This document shows positions 12,891 to 24,548 of a stretch of 47,944 nt of DNA, one piece after another. The DNA lies in NCBI GenBank assembly GCA_943704415.1, contig CALSCO010001544.1, positions 1 to 47,944 of the forward strand. The letters are read 5' to 3'. Made by a program: the position numbers and the translations under genes. Each line of letters opens with the position of its first letter. The stretch's first letter is position 1. Under the pieces are notes generated by a model that did not search any database, was not told the origin of the DNA, and saw only the letters and a program-made list of their open reading frames with translations. The stretch comes from Parvularia atlantis. Its lineage: Eukaryota.

Positions 12891-14784
12891 ATGGCCGACG
12901 CACGCGTGACTGGCCTCGTCGAGGCGCGGAAGTTGCCGGTTCCGCGCCGCACACGCACGCCGACCGCGCCGCGCCCGCAGGGCGACGACAAGGTGCAGGT
13001 CGCCGGCACCGACATTGACGGCGTCCTGCGCGGCAAGGTCATGAAGAAGTCCAAGTTTCTGTCGTCGCTGCGCGACGGCTTCGGTGCGCGCGCCCTGCGG
13101 CCACGGGACGTGCTCACGGCGCGCCTAAGGCTTCTGCGGCGTGATCTTTGGGTGGGACATTCACGACCGCGTCTACAACAAGAGTGCGTTCAGCACGGCC
13201 GAGACGGGCTTCGAGGACATCGTGGCCAAGGTCGACGTCGACTCGTTCCGGCGCCAGCCCTGGAATTCCGACGTGCCCTTCTTCCTCGTCGACTTTCTCT
13301 CGCCGCAGGGGGTGCGCCACGCCCCCGCGCAGCAAGCACGGCCCTGCTGATACGAGTGTGCGTGCAGACGCCGACGTTGATCTGCCCGCGCACGCTGCTC
13401 AAGAAGGTCGTGGGCGAGCTCAAGACGGCGGGCTTCAAGGCGTACGCCGGCGTCGAGTTTGAGTTCTACAACTTCCTCGGTGCGTGGGGCACGGGAGGCG
13501 CGGGGGGCTGGCGTGCGCGGACCTGACAGGCGCACCGTCGCGTAGAGACGCCCGAGTCGTTTGCGCAGAAGAACTACGTCAAGCCGACGCCGCTCACGCC
13601 GGGCATGTTTGGCTACTCGCTGCTGCGCCCGGCGCGCCACCAGGAGTTTTTCAACCGCCTGTTTGACGACATGAAGCGCTTCGACGTGCCGATCGAGGGC
13701 CTGCATACAGAGACCGGTGCGTACGACGCGTGCTTGCGAAGCGGTACTCATGCCCGCGGCAGGCCCCGGCGTGTACGAGGTCGCGATCGAGTACAGCGAC
13801 CCCGTCAGCTGCGCCGACCGTGCGCAGCTGTTCAAGACGGGCGCCAAGATCATCGGTGGCGAGTACGGCATCATGCCGTCGTTCATGGGTTCGTGTTGGC
13901 GCGCGCGCTGTTTAGGCCGCGCTGACCGAGGCGCGACAGCCAAGCCGGATCCCGCGCTGCCGGGCTGCTCGGGCCACACGCACTACTCCCTGTGGGACCT
14001 CGAGGGCAAGACGAACCTGTTTGCGGACGCGAGTGACCCCCGCAAGGCACGCACCCCGTGCTCGACGTGACGCCTCTCTCGGCAGCGCGACTGACGGCAC
14101 CGCCGCAGATGTCCCAGACGATGCGCCACTTCCTCGCCGGCCAGCTGCACTGCCTGCCGCACATCCTGCCCATGTTTGCGCCGACGATCAACAGCTACAA
14201 GCGTATGGTCGAGAACGGTGGCGTGACGCGCTCTCGCTTGCTTTCGCTCACCAGCCGCTCGCGGACGCGCAGCGTGGGCACCGGTCGTGGTGACGTGGGG
14301 CGTCGAGAACCGCACGGCGGCGTGCCGCGTGATCACGCTCTCGCCAAACGCGACGCGGATCGAGACGCGCGTAGGCGGCGCCGACATCAACACGTACCTT
14401 TGCATGGGTGCGTGCAGCGCGCGCTGCGCCGCTCGGCTGACTGGCTGCGACCGCAGCCGCCGCGCTGGCCTCCGGCCTGTACGGCATCCGCCACAAGCTG
14501 CCGCTGCAGCCCGAGTCGGTCGGCGACAACGTGCGCGACCCGTCGCACGCGCGCCTCCCGTCCAACCTGGGCGAGGCTGCGGCCAAGTGCGTGCGCGGAT
14601 GCGCGCAGACGTGTGGCCGACCCGGGCGCGCTCTGGCAGGATGGGCGCGAAGGACTCGGTCGCGCGCGAGCTCTTTGGCAACGAGTTTGTCGACCACTAC
14701 GTCGGCACGCGCCTGGAGGAGTGGGCACTCTACCAGCGCGCCGTGACTGACTGGGAGCTGAAGCGTTACTTTGAGCTTGTTTGA
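12891..14784 (+). CDS. Type I glutamine-synthetase-like protein (probable gamma-glutamyl-amine ligase), multi-exon
   Basis: DIDGVLRGKVM, GFCGVIFGWDIHD, GVEFEF, HTETGPGVYE, FMAKP..PGCSGHTHYSL, PTINSYKR, WGVENRT, RIETRVGGADINTYL, VTDWELKRYFE. Confidence 0.9.
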
Positions 14785-14885
14785 GAAGGTAGCGGTTGAG
14801 GCTGATGCGTCGTTCATGGTACTTTTAAAATAACTTACCACTGTCTCGCTTCTGTCGCGCTTACCGCGCCGTTTGCAGTGCCCGA

Positions 14886-16677
14886 TCAGTCAAAGTAGTC
14901 TTCTAGGTCCACGTCCGGGTCGAGCAGAACGTGCTCGATCGCCGACAGGTCTGTCCGGTTCAAGATCAGGTTCTCGAACGCCTCCTCCAGGTCGGTCTCG
15001 CCAATGAGCACGGCGCCGACGAGGCGGTGGTCGCGCACGACGGCCTTGACGTACTCCTGCCCCGGGGTGGAGCGCACGTGCACGGAAAAGTCGGTGCCGA
15101 GCGTCTGCCCGTTGTACAGCCCGAGCAGGACGACCTTGAAGCCGAAGAAGTTTGTCACGTGCGCAAACAGCTCGAACGAAAAGCTGCTCGCGAGCCAGTC
15201 GGCGTCAACGCGCCCGCGCCGCTGCTCGTGCACCATCGACAGCGCAGCCTCCATGCCCATTTCGCGCGCCTGCGTCCACAGGCGCATCTGCCCGCCACTG
15301 TCAGTGCAGCGGGCATGCAAGCGCCCGTCTGCGCACCTGGAACCACGTTGGCGAGGCACCGGGCCCGCGGTCGATCGTGCAGGCGTCACCCGCCGCCAGC
15401 ACGCCCGGCACGCTCGTGCGGAAGCGCCGGTCGACTTGCACGCCGCCGTCGCTGGCGCGCCGGAACTGGCGGTGCCACCGTCGGTTAGCCTCGTCACCCG
15501 CCCCCACGTGGCCGCGCACCTGCTCGCCCAGAAAGGCCGTGAACGGCTCGACGCCAATGGCCGAGACAACGACATCGCAGTTGATCGTGTCGCCGCTGCT
15601 GAGCACAACGCGGGCCGGCCACCCGTCGTCCGGCCGGCCGATGGTGGTCACCTGGGCGTCGTACACGACCCGAAGCGAGCTCTGTGGCCACATCTTGGCT
15701 AGCGACTGGGCGGCGGGTGAGCCTGCAGGCGCGCAAAAGCATCTGTGCGCAGAGGGGCGCCGCGCACCGACTTCTGCTGCTCGCTCAGCGCCGAGACCCA
15801 GTGTGGTCCCAGCGCCGCGCCGCGCACGGGTGCACGGGCGCAGTCCAGCTCTGCGCGTCGGCGCTTGTGGTCGCCGGTGGTGCGCGGCTGCTGCGCCGAC
15901 TCGACGTGCGCGAGCGTCGCAATGAAGAAGCGCGCCGCGCCCTCGTCAAAGTAGCTGCTGCCGAGCGTGTCGCCGCGGACGACCCAGATGACAGGCACGG
16001 CGCGCACGGCGTGTCTGCGCGGCGGCCGGTCAGCGACGCGATCGCGCCACGCCCGCCCGCCCGGCCGCACGCACACGATTTCGAGGGCGACGCCGCCGCT
16101 GCCCACGACGACGACGCGGCGCGACTGTTCCAGCCGCCGCGCCAGGTCCTGCACGCTCTCGGTGTCGCGCAGGCCGATCACCGACGGGTGCGGCGCGACG
16201 ATGCGTGGCACGGCGCCCGTGCACACGCACAGCTGGTCGTACGCGACGGCGCTATCGCGCGCGGCCCGCGCGCGCACGCGCACGACCTGCGCGACGGTCG
16301 TGCGCGTCGCGGTCAGCCCCCGTCCCGCCTGCGCGCCGTCGCCGCCGCACCCGCGCGGCCACGTCCACGCCGACGACCTCGCCCTGCACGAAGCGCACGC
16401 CGTGCGCGGCCAGCACGGCCTCGTTCTCCTCGGTGATGTCGAAGGTGACGCGGGCGCGCGAGAGTGTCTTGACGTTGCGTGCAAGCTGCGGCGGCGCGGC
16501 ATCGGCACGCGCGCCCCTCCTCCCCGCGGCGCGCGCCCGCCGCACCTTCAGCGTGGGCGAGGCCGAGATGAGCGTGACCGAGGCCGGCCCGTCGCCGAGC
16601 GTCTCGCGCAGCTGGAGCACGCACGAGACCCCGGCGATGCCGCCTCCCAGGACCACGAAGCGTGCGTCTGCTGTCAT
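14886..16677 (-). CDS. PYROXD1: Pyridine nucleotide-disulfide oxidoreductase domain protein 1, multi-exon
   Basis: [81 protein letters not shown], ends [12 protein letters not shown]. Confidence 0.95.
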
Positions 16678-16942
16678 CAAAGCATGGCTTCCGCTGTGTT
16701 GTCCTTCCGTCGTGCGCGTGCTGCCGCCGTGCTGCCGCTGCTCGGCCCGCTCAGGGACGTCCCCTTCGGTCTGTTTGGGAGGGGCTTGGTTGCGGGATTC
16801 CGCCCATGCACGCACCTGCTGGGCCGCAATCAGCTGACGGGACGCGCGCGCGCGCCCTGCTCTGCTCGCGCCCTCGCGCCCCCTCCTCGCTCTCGCCCAT
16901 GCACGCGCCCGCGCCTGCGCCGCAGATCCGCGCAGCAGCACC

Positions 16943-17580
16943 ATGTCGGACAAGGTCTGGTGGGTGGTCAAGTCGGGCGACGTCGACGACCTGGCGGAGC
17001 TGATGGGCAAGGAGAAGATCGACGTCAACGTCAAGAACGAGCAGGGTGCGCGCCCCGCTCCCGCCGCTGCCGCTGCCCGCCGCCCGCTGCGCCGCCTCTC
17101 ACGTCGCGCGCTGCGCCGTGCCGCGCAGGCCGCTCGCTGGCACACGTCGCGGCCGACTACAACTTTGTCGACATCCTCAAGTTCCTCAAGGGGAAGGGCG
17201 CGCAGATGGACGTGTGTGCCGACCGGCCGCCGCGCCATCCGCTCACGTCCCGCGCCCGCGCCAGACCAAGGACAAGCACGGCATCACGCCGCTGCTGTGC
17301 GCCATCTGGGAGGGCCACAAGGCCTCGGTCGAGTACCTGCTGAGCATCGGCGCGGGTGCGCCGTGCGGCCTCGTGAGCCGATGCGCAGTGCTGACGCCGG
17401 GGGGGCCGGCCACGCGCAGACGCCAAGGGCAAGACGCCCGAAGGCCAGTCGTACGTGGACGCGGCCGAGAACGCCGAGATCAAGGCCCTGCTCAAGGCCA
17501 AGTCGGGGTGCGCGTCGCGCGCGCGGCCTGGTGCACGCGGGGCGCACGCTGACGCGCAGGCTGCGGCGCGCTGCAGCTGA
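16943..17580 (+). CDS. MTPN: Myotrophin/V-1 (ankyrin-repeat capping-protein inhibitor), multi-exon
   Basis: MSDKVWWVVKSGDVD, HVAADY, DKHGITPLLCAIWEGH..VEYLLSIGAD, KTPEG..AAENAEIKALL: colinear with myotrophin along the full length. Confidence 0.9.
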
Positions 17581-17685
17581 TCCCCAGGCCCGAGCGGCTC
17601 GCCGTGTCACTGTCGCACCAGCTGCAGCTGCAGTGAGATGGGCTTTTTCCCTGTGCTCGTGCTCGTGTCCAACAAGAAGACGACG

Positions 17686-20120
17686 ATGCTCTCGCCTCGC
17701 GCGCAGCAGTGGCTCGCGCGCACACACGCGCACTTTGTCGACGGCAAGGTCGCGCCCGCAACCGACCCGAGAAACGGCCCTTACACAGGCGCCACAGGAG
17801 GTGCCGCCGGCGTCGAGCAAGACGATCGACGTCGTCTTCCCGGGCACGGGCGCCGTCTTCTCCAGCATCCCCGCTGGCGATGCGCGCGACATCGCCGCGG
17901 CCGTGGCGGCGGCGCAGCGCGCGTTCAAGGAGGTCCGCCCCCTCGGTCGCCCAGCGCTGCGGCTCGTGACGCGCCCGCGCGAGCGCAGTGGTCGCGCATC
18001 GACCCGTCCGCGCGCGGCCGCATCCTGTGGCAGTGGGCGCTCCTGCTGCGCGACAACCTCGAAGTGCTCGTGAGCACCACCGGCACCGGGCGCGGCGGAT
18101 GACCGCTCACGCACTCGATCGGACGGCCGCAGGCCGAGCTGGAGACGTGGGACGTTGGCAAGCCTATCGTCGAGTCGCGCATGGACATCGTCGCGACGGC
18201 CGACATCCTCGAGTACTACGCCGGCCTGACGACCAAGGTCTACGGCCAGACGCAGCCGCTTCCGGGTAACCAGGTGCGCCTCGCCCGACGTGCGCTGCCG
18301 CGGCGTGCTCGCGCTGACGCTCGCGAGGCTTGGTGCAGCTCGGCATGATCCTGCGCGAGCCGGTCGGCGTCGCCGGCCTGATCACGCCGTGGTGCGCGCG
18401 CCGCTCGCACGTGCTCGACAGTCTCGGCTGACGCGCGCACGCACCCCGCTAGGAACTACCCGATCATGGTCGCGGCGTGGAAGGTGCCGCCAGCGGCCGG
18501 TAAAGTGTGCCGTGTGCTGGCCTGCTGACAGCGTGCCACTGGCAGTTTGCACCCGCGCTGTGCGTCGGCTGCACGGTCGTGCTCAAGGTGCAGGTCCCCG
18601 CAACGCTTGCTCGCGCACGTGCTCACGCACGCGCAGCCGTCCGAGCTCACGAGCATCACCGCGCTCGTCGCGGCGCACCTCGCGATCGACGCCGGCATGC
18701 CCGCGGGCGTGTTTAACGTCGTCACAGGCTATGGCGCCGAGGCCGGCGCGGCGCTGAGGTGCGTGCGCACAAGACGGGAGAGATGAGGTGGTGTGCTGAG
18801 CGGGCGACCGCAGCGTCCACCGTGGCGTGGACGTGCTCGGCTTCACCGGCGGCCCCGTCTCCGGCAAGATCGTTTTGCGCGCGCGTGCCGAGCTGCTCCG
18901 CCCGACGCAGCTCGAGCTCGGCGGAAAGTGCGTTTTGCATACCTGTCGTGGCACCGTGGCACCGTGCTCAGCCTGGGCTGCCCGCGCAGGTCGCCGAACA
19001 TCGTGTTTGACGACGCAGACCTGGACCTCGCCGCGGCCGGCGCGGGTGCGGTGTGAGTGGGGGCCGAGACGGCTGCGTTGCTGAGCCGGCGCGTGCAGCG
19101 TACGGCATCTTCTTCAACCAGGGCGAGAACTGCAACGCGGGCAGCCGCATCCTGGTGCATGCGAGCGTGCACGACGCGTTCCTCGCGCGCCTGCAGAAGG
19201 TGCGCCGATCGCGCGGAGCAGACTCGACGTTGACGCGGCGCCGCGCCGCAGATCACCGAGGGCATCAAGGTCGGACCGCCCATGGACGAGGCCACGCGCA
19301 TGGGTGCGCTCATCTCGGCCGCGCACCTGGCCAAGGTGGAGGCGTCCGTCGAGGGCGCCAAGGCGGACGGCGTGCGCGTCGTGACCGGTGTGCGCCCAGC
19401 GAACGGCCTTGCTCGGCTCACGACGACGCACGCAGGCGGCCACCGTCTCACGGGCGGCATGCACCAGGGCGGCTTCTTCTACGCGCCCACGGTGCTGGCC
19501 GACGTGCTGCCGACACACCGCGTCTTCAGCGAGGAGATCTTTGGGCCGGTCGTGACAGTACGCGCGCCGCGCGCGTGTCCATGCGACGTCGTACGACGCC
19601 GCCGCCCCCAGGTGACCAAATTCACCACGGACGACGAGGCGATCGAGCTCGCCAACGCCACCGAGTACGGCCTCGCGGCCGGCTGTTGGACCAAGGCGCG
19701 TGTGGTTCATGGCGCCCCAGGTGTCTGATGCTGCGCGCAGAACGTCGAGCGCGCGGTCCGCTGCGTGCGCGACATCCAGGTGCGTCGCATGGAGCTGTCT
19801 TGTGCGCACAAGCTCATGCGCGCGGCACGCACAGGCCGGCTACGTGTGGGTCAACACATTCAACAGGTGCGCACACGCGCGCGCACGCACGCGCAGGAAG
19901 GTCTGACACAGGCGGGCGGCCCGCAGCACGCCGGTTGAGGCGCCGTTTGGCGGCCAGAAGGGTGTGTATACCGTGCGAACTCCCCGCGCACTGGCGTCGG
20001 CGGCTCACGGGCGGCGCAGGCTCGGGCTTTGGCCGCGACTGTGGCATGCAGGCGATTGAGACGTACACGACCTGGAAGACGGGCGTGTGGTGCACGGCCC
20101 CGTTCCAGCCGTACTACTGA
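17686..20120 (+). CDS. NAD(P)-dependent aldehyde dehydrogenase, heavily fragmented by introns
   Basis: REPVGVAGLITPWNYP, KPSELT, FTGG, LELGGKSPNIVF, FFNQGENCNAGSR (catalytic Cys), EEIFGPV, ANATEYGLAAG, PFGGQKGSGFGR. Confidence 0.95.
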
Positions 20121-20181
20121 CCGCATGTATCGCAAAGCGAGCAAAAAAAAGACAATGCCGGCGCACAGCGCGGGCGCTCGC

Positions 20182-21449
20182 TCAGATATCGCTTGACCGG
20201 CGCAGACGGAACAGGCCCTTCTTTTCCTTTTTGAGCGTGCTGTCGTTGCGCTGCGACTCGCCACTCGAGCTTGCGCTCGTGCTCGTGCTCGTGCTCAAGC
20301 TGCTGGTGCCGTCGGCCCCGGGGCTCTCAGCGACCGTCTCGAGCATCGACATCCACGCGTCTGCCGCACGCCGCCGGCGTGAGCCAGCCGCCTCGCGTGT
20401 ATAATGCACGCGCAGCGCACCGGCCTTCGACCCCGTGCTCGCGATGCTACTGCCGCTGTTGCGGCGCGCGTCGCTTCGCGTCGGGAGGGGCAGTGTGGCC
20501 GTGCCAGGGTCGATGTTGCCGCCGCCGCCGCCGCCGAGCATGCCCATGATGCCCCACTGGCTCTTACGCTTCTCTTTCTGCTCGCGCGCGTGTGCGTGTG
20601 CATGAGCTGTCGCGCGCCACGGGCGCGAGCGAGCGCACCTTGGCTGCCTCATCACTGCGCTTGCGCTCGGCGTTGCGCCGTTGCTCGATCTGCGCGGCGA
20701 CTGCGCAAGCTCAGACGTGCCGTGCGAGCGATGCCGTGCGCGACGAACCGCGCTGCAGCGTCGCGATGACGGCCGAGTCGTTCGCCTGGTCCGCCTTCTC
20801 GAGCGCGATCGACAGCGGCGTCTGGCCAAGGTGGTCGGCGACGGTCGGGTCGGCGCGGTGCGTCAGAAGCAGCGCGATCATCTCGCGGTGCCCGTGGAAG
20901 ACGGCGCGGTGCAGCGGCGTCTGGCCAATGTGGTCAGGCTGGTTGGCGTCTGCGCGCGGGCGGGTGGCGGCGATGTTGAGGCGCGCGCGCTGCCGCGCTC
21001 CCCGTCCGCGCGCACCGCCGCCAAACTCGAACAGCGCGCGGCCGACGTCGATGCGGTTGTCGCGCGCGGCGTTGTGCAACGGCGTCCTTCACGCTCAGTG
21101 AGTGACCACGCGCCCGCACCGAGCGAGAGACGGCGCGCACCAGCCGTACTCCTTGTCGGCATGGTTCGGGTCCGCGCCCGCGTCCAGGCACTTGCTCACG
21201 AGCTCGAGGTCGCCGCGGCGCGAGGCCTCGTGCAGCTTCTGCTGGTACTCCTGCCGCGCGCGGACTTGCGTCGGCCAAACACGCGCGCGCGCTCACTCCC
21301 GCCGCACGCACGCTCAACGTCGCCGTCATGTCCAGCCCCGCGAGGATCCCCGCGCCGTAGCGGTGCCGCTGGTCCGCCGCGCCGTCGCCCGCGCCGTCGC
21401 CCTCCGTGACCGGCTCACCCTCAGCAACGTCGCATTCTTCGTCGATCAT
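20182..21449 (-). CDS. Ankyrin-repeat protein with acidic N-terminus and Ser-rich/basic C-terminus, multi-exon
   Basis: MIDEECDVAEGEP..., LHEASRRGDLELV..LDAGADPN, TPLHNAARDN, GQTPLHRAVFHGH..LLLTHRADP, GQTPLSIA; ends KKGLFRLRRSSDI. Confidence 0.8.
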
Positions 21450-21456
21450 CACCGTG

Positions 21457-24400
21457 ATGTACACAATCGATGATGACGATTCGCGGTCGTCGCGCGTCTC
21501 GTCTCACTCGCGCTGCGCGCCGGCAGCGGCGATGCCGTCGAGCTGGCCGCGACCGCGTTCCTCTCGAAGCACGTCTCCCCGACGCAGAGCGTTTTTGAGC
21601 TGCGCCCGGCCGCGACGCGCGCGCTGGTGCACACGGACTGCTTGGCATCACCGTGACGGCGCGGCTGACGCGCGAGCGGCGCAGGGCCTGCGCATGCTGC
21701 GCGAGGGCGAGGGCGATGCGCTGTTTGTCGAGGTCGAACGCCGCGCCGAGCAGGACATTGTGCCGGCCGCGGACTCGTTCGCCGCGCTGCTGCTCTTGCT
21801 CGGCCAGCCCGCGCACGCCGACCTGCGGCTGCACGTGCTCTTCGCGATGCCCGACGTGGCGTGGCTCGGCGTCGCGCACCCCCACATCGAGAGCTGCCTC
21901 GACGCCGGGCCCGTCGACGTGTTTGTCCTCGCGCGGCACGCCGACGACGTCGCGCACCTGCTCGGTCAGCGCGCGCGCTTCGTGCAGGGTGCGCGGGGCG
22001 CGCAGACATGACACCGTATGCCGCACAAACACGCACACGCGCCCGCGCGCAGTTGCCACAATGCACGAGGCCGCGCATCGCGTGCGCCAGGCCGGGCAGC
22101 GCCGCGCGGCCATCGCCGTCACGACGCCGCTTGCGCTGCCGGCGAACGGCCTGCGCTGCATCGGCGTGCTCCCGACGCACACGACCAGGTGCTGCTGCAT
22201 GCGTGCGCAGCAATCGACGCCGCTGACAACGCCAGGGCCGCTGCCGCAGCAAGTTCGCCGTCGTCACCCGGCGCGACCCGCCGCACTTCTCGCTGGCTCA
22301 GACAGATATGTCGACCTGCACGGCGCTGAGCGCGACACTGCCCAACACCGCCGGCGTCCTGGTACGCGTGCGCTGTGCGCGCGACATGTGCTGAGACGTC
22401 ACAGTACCGCAGCCTCGCTGGCTTCTACCTGCGCCAGATCGACATCGTCAGCGCGAGCATGCACCCCGTCTTGCCCGAGAGCGGCGTGTGCGTGTGTCTG
22501 CACTCGCGTGCCCGCAACCGACCGCAGCGTATGCAGACCGTTTGTTGACGAGAAGTGCACCGTGCTCGTGCTGGTCGTCGACGGGCCAATGGGAACGGAC
22601 GCAATGGTCGAGGCGATCAAGCACCTGTCGCAGTGCGCCGGCAACGTGCGTCGTGCGGGCCGGGCCAGGCGTGCACGCCTCACCGCCCCGGCATGCAGCT
22701 GCGCGTCCTCGGCACGTATGTCCAGACAGAGGCGTCCTTCGGCCAGGCGATGTGGCATCGGGTGGCGCGCGGGTCAGCCGCGTCGCCTGTGAGGGCGCGC
22801 GGGCTTTCGTGGCCGGCTGCACATGCTCACAATGCGTCATGGCCAGGTGCTTGCGGACTCGGGGCGGCGCGTCGACTTTGTCTCTGCCCTGCCGCGCGAG
22901 TTGGCCGCGCACGTGCTGCTGTACGCGATCGGGTATGTGACGCGGCGCGGCGACGGGCGCGCTGCTGACGCGGGCCGACGGACAGCGACGACATGCGCAC
23001 CGTGCTCGGCGTGATGTGCGTGAGCCGCGCGTGGCACAGCGTGGTCGACGGTGACAGCTTCTTCTGGCAGCAGTTGTGCACACAGCGCGGGTGGAGCTCG
23101 TCCGGCCCGTTTGGTCGGTGCTAGTGCAGGTGGGCACTCGCTGACCTGTGACGTGCAGACGGCGTGGCAAGCGGGGGATGGCGGGCGCGGGCGCGACGCA
23201 GGCACAAGCAGTCTGTCAGCCTGCGCCGAGGGCAGCTCACGACACTCAGCAGCCAGCGCGCAGAGTGCGGGCCCGGCGGTGCTGCCCGGTCGGTTTGCCG
23301 ACGGGCGCGCGTCGCAGCTCGACATTCTTTTTCAATATCATCGACGGCCGCCTCGTGCGCATCACCCAGCCACACAACCGCTGCCACGTGTTGCGGCTGG
23401 ATGGCAAGTTGCATGAGGTCTCGTACGCGCTCGGACACGACTCGTTCGGGTCGCAGGAGCTGCAGGTGCATGCGTGCCGCGCTCTCGCCGGGGCTGACGC
23501 TTGCGCGGGTCACGCAGTGCGCGTGGATCACGAGCGACGCCGTCGTCGCGCTGTTTGCGTCCGGCGTGCACGTGAGCTCGTGGCGCACGGGTGCCGAGCG
23601 ATGGCGCCTGCAGCGGCCGTGCGTCTCGCCCGCTCATTGCACGCCGCCCTCGCTGATCGACTGTGTGCCACAGATGCCTAGACGACACGCGCTTCATTGA
23701 CTGCGGTGCGCTGTACGTGTTGTACTCGCTCCGTGAGCAGGCGCTGCACGTGTACGACGCGCACGACGGCTCGCTGTGCGTGCCCGCCCTCGGCGTCATC
23801 GCCGCCTCCGGCTGACACGGCGCAAAGCAGCGTGCACTGGCACCAACTCGACCTGGCGTGCCTGCGCGTGGTCGGCAACGCGGCGCATCTGGTGTACTGG
23901 CTGGCCAACGGGCTCGAGCATGTGCGTCTGTCGGACCTGCGCGGCGATGCGCCGCTGCAGCCAGCGCCCCTCATGCGCCTGCACAGCAAGTACCGCAACT
24001 TTGAGTTGGTGTGTTGGACGCAGCACCTGCTGCTGGTGCTAACGCGTGCGTGTCAAATAGATCACGATCATCGACGACGTCGTGTACTGTCAGGGCGACA
24101 GCCAGCTGATCCGCTTCCACGTCGGTCTCAGCCCGCTGTACCAGCAGTTGGCCTACGACTACGGCAAGAACTACGTCCCGGGCATGGCGCGGCCGGACCA
24201 GATCCTGCTCATCCAGCGGCGGATCAACGACCAGCTCGTCGTCGGTGTGTGCTTGCGGCAAGCGTGCTCGACGCGCCTGCAATAACGCTGCACCCCGCCA
24301 GTGTTCAAGGACGACCAGTGGGTGAACGTGCGCGTTTTGCAGGAGTCGAGCGGGCTGCTGCTCACCATGCCCAACACGTGCGTAGCGCGTGCGGTGCCGT

Positions 24401-24533
24401 GCGCAGCTCACCGCCCCGCATCAGGAGGCCGATCAGCGTCCCGAACGTCGACGCGGTCAGGTTTGACGGCGAGCTGTTTGCCGTGGCCTCGCACTACGAG
24501 CAGCGAATGCTCACCGTGTACGCGTTCGGGTGA
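21457..24533 (+). CDS. Fusion protein: degenerate prephenate-dehydratase-like domain + ACT domain + F-box + beta-rich (propeller-like) C-terminus, multi-exon; start codon uncertain
   Basis: In-frame spliced model: ...ATMHEAAHRV..RAAIA..NGLRCIG..HTTSKFAVV..TLPNTAGVL|YRSLAGFYLRQIDIVSASMHP..MVEAIKHLSQCAGN|LRVLGTY..|DFVSALPRELAAHVLLY..VSRAWHSVVDGDSFFWQQLC..; TGA 24531-24533. The F-box is clear. The PDT/ACT assignment rests on remembered family motifs. Confidence 0.75.
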
Positions 24534-24548
24534 CCGGCTGTGAAATAC

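Noticed and set aside
15967..17343. Long Arg/Ala/Pro-rich ORFs in the track (also 38742-40196, 39190-40653, 37282-38661)
   Set aside because: Artefacts of high GC, antisense shadows and stop-free introns; the regions are explained by spliced genes.
21471..21476. Tandem in-frame TGA TGA suggesting selenocysteine or stop recoding
   Set aside because: The upstream part of that frame is the antisense shadow of the ankyrin gene, and TGA is the normal stop for many genes here.
21421..22200. Minus-strand ORF overlapping the PDT-like region
   Set aside because: Antisense shadow of the plus-strand coding exons; the splice signals are on the plus strand.
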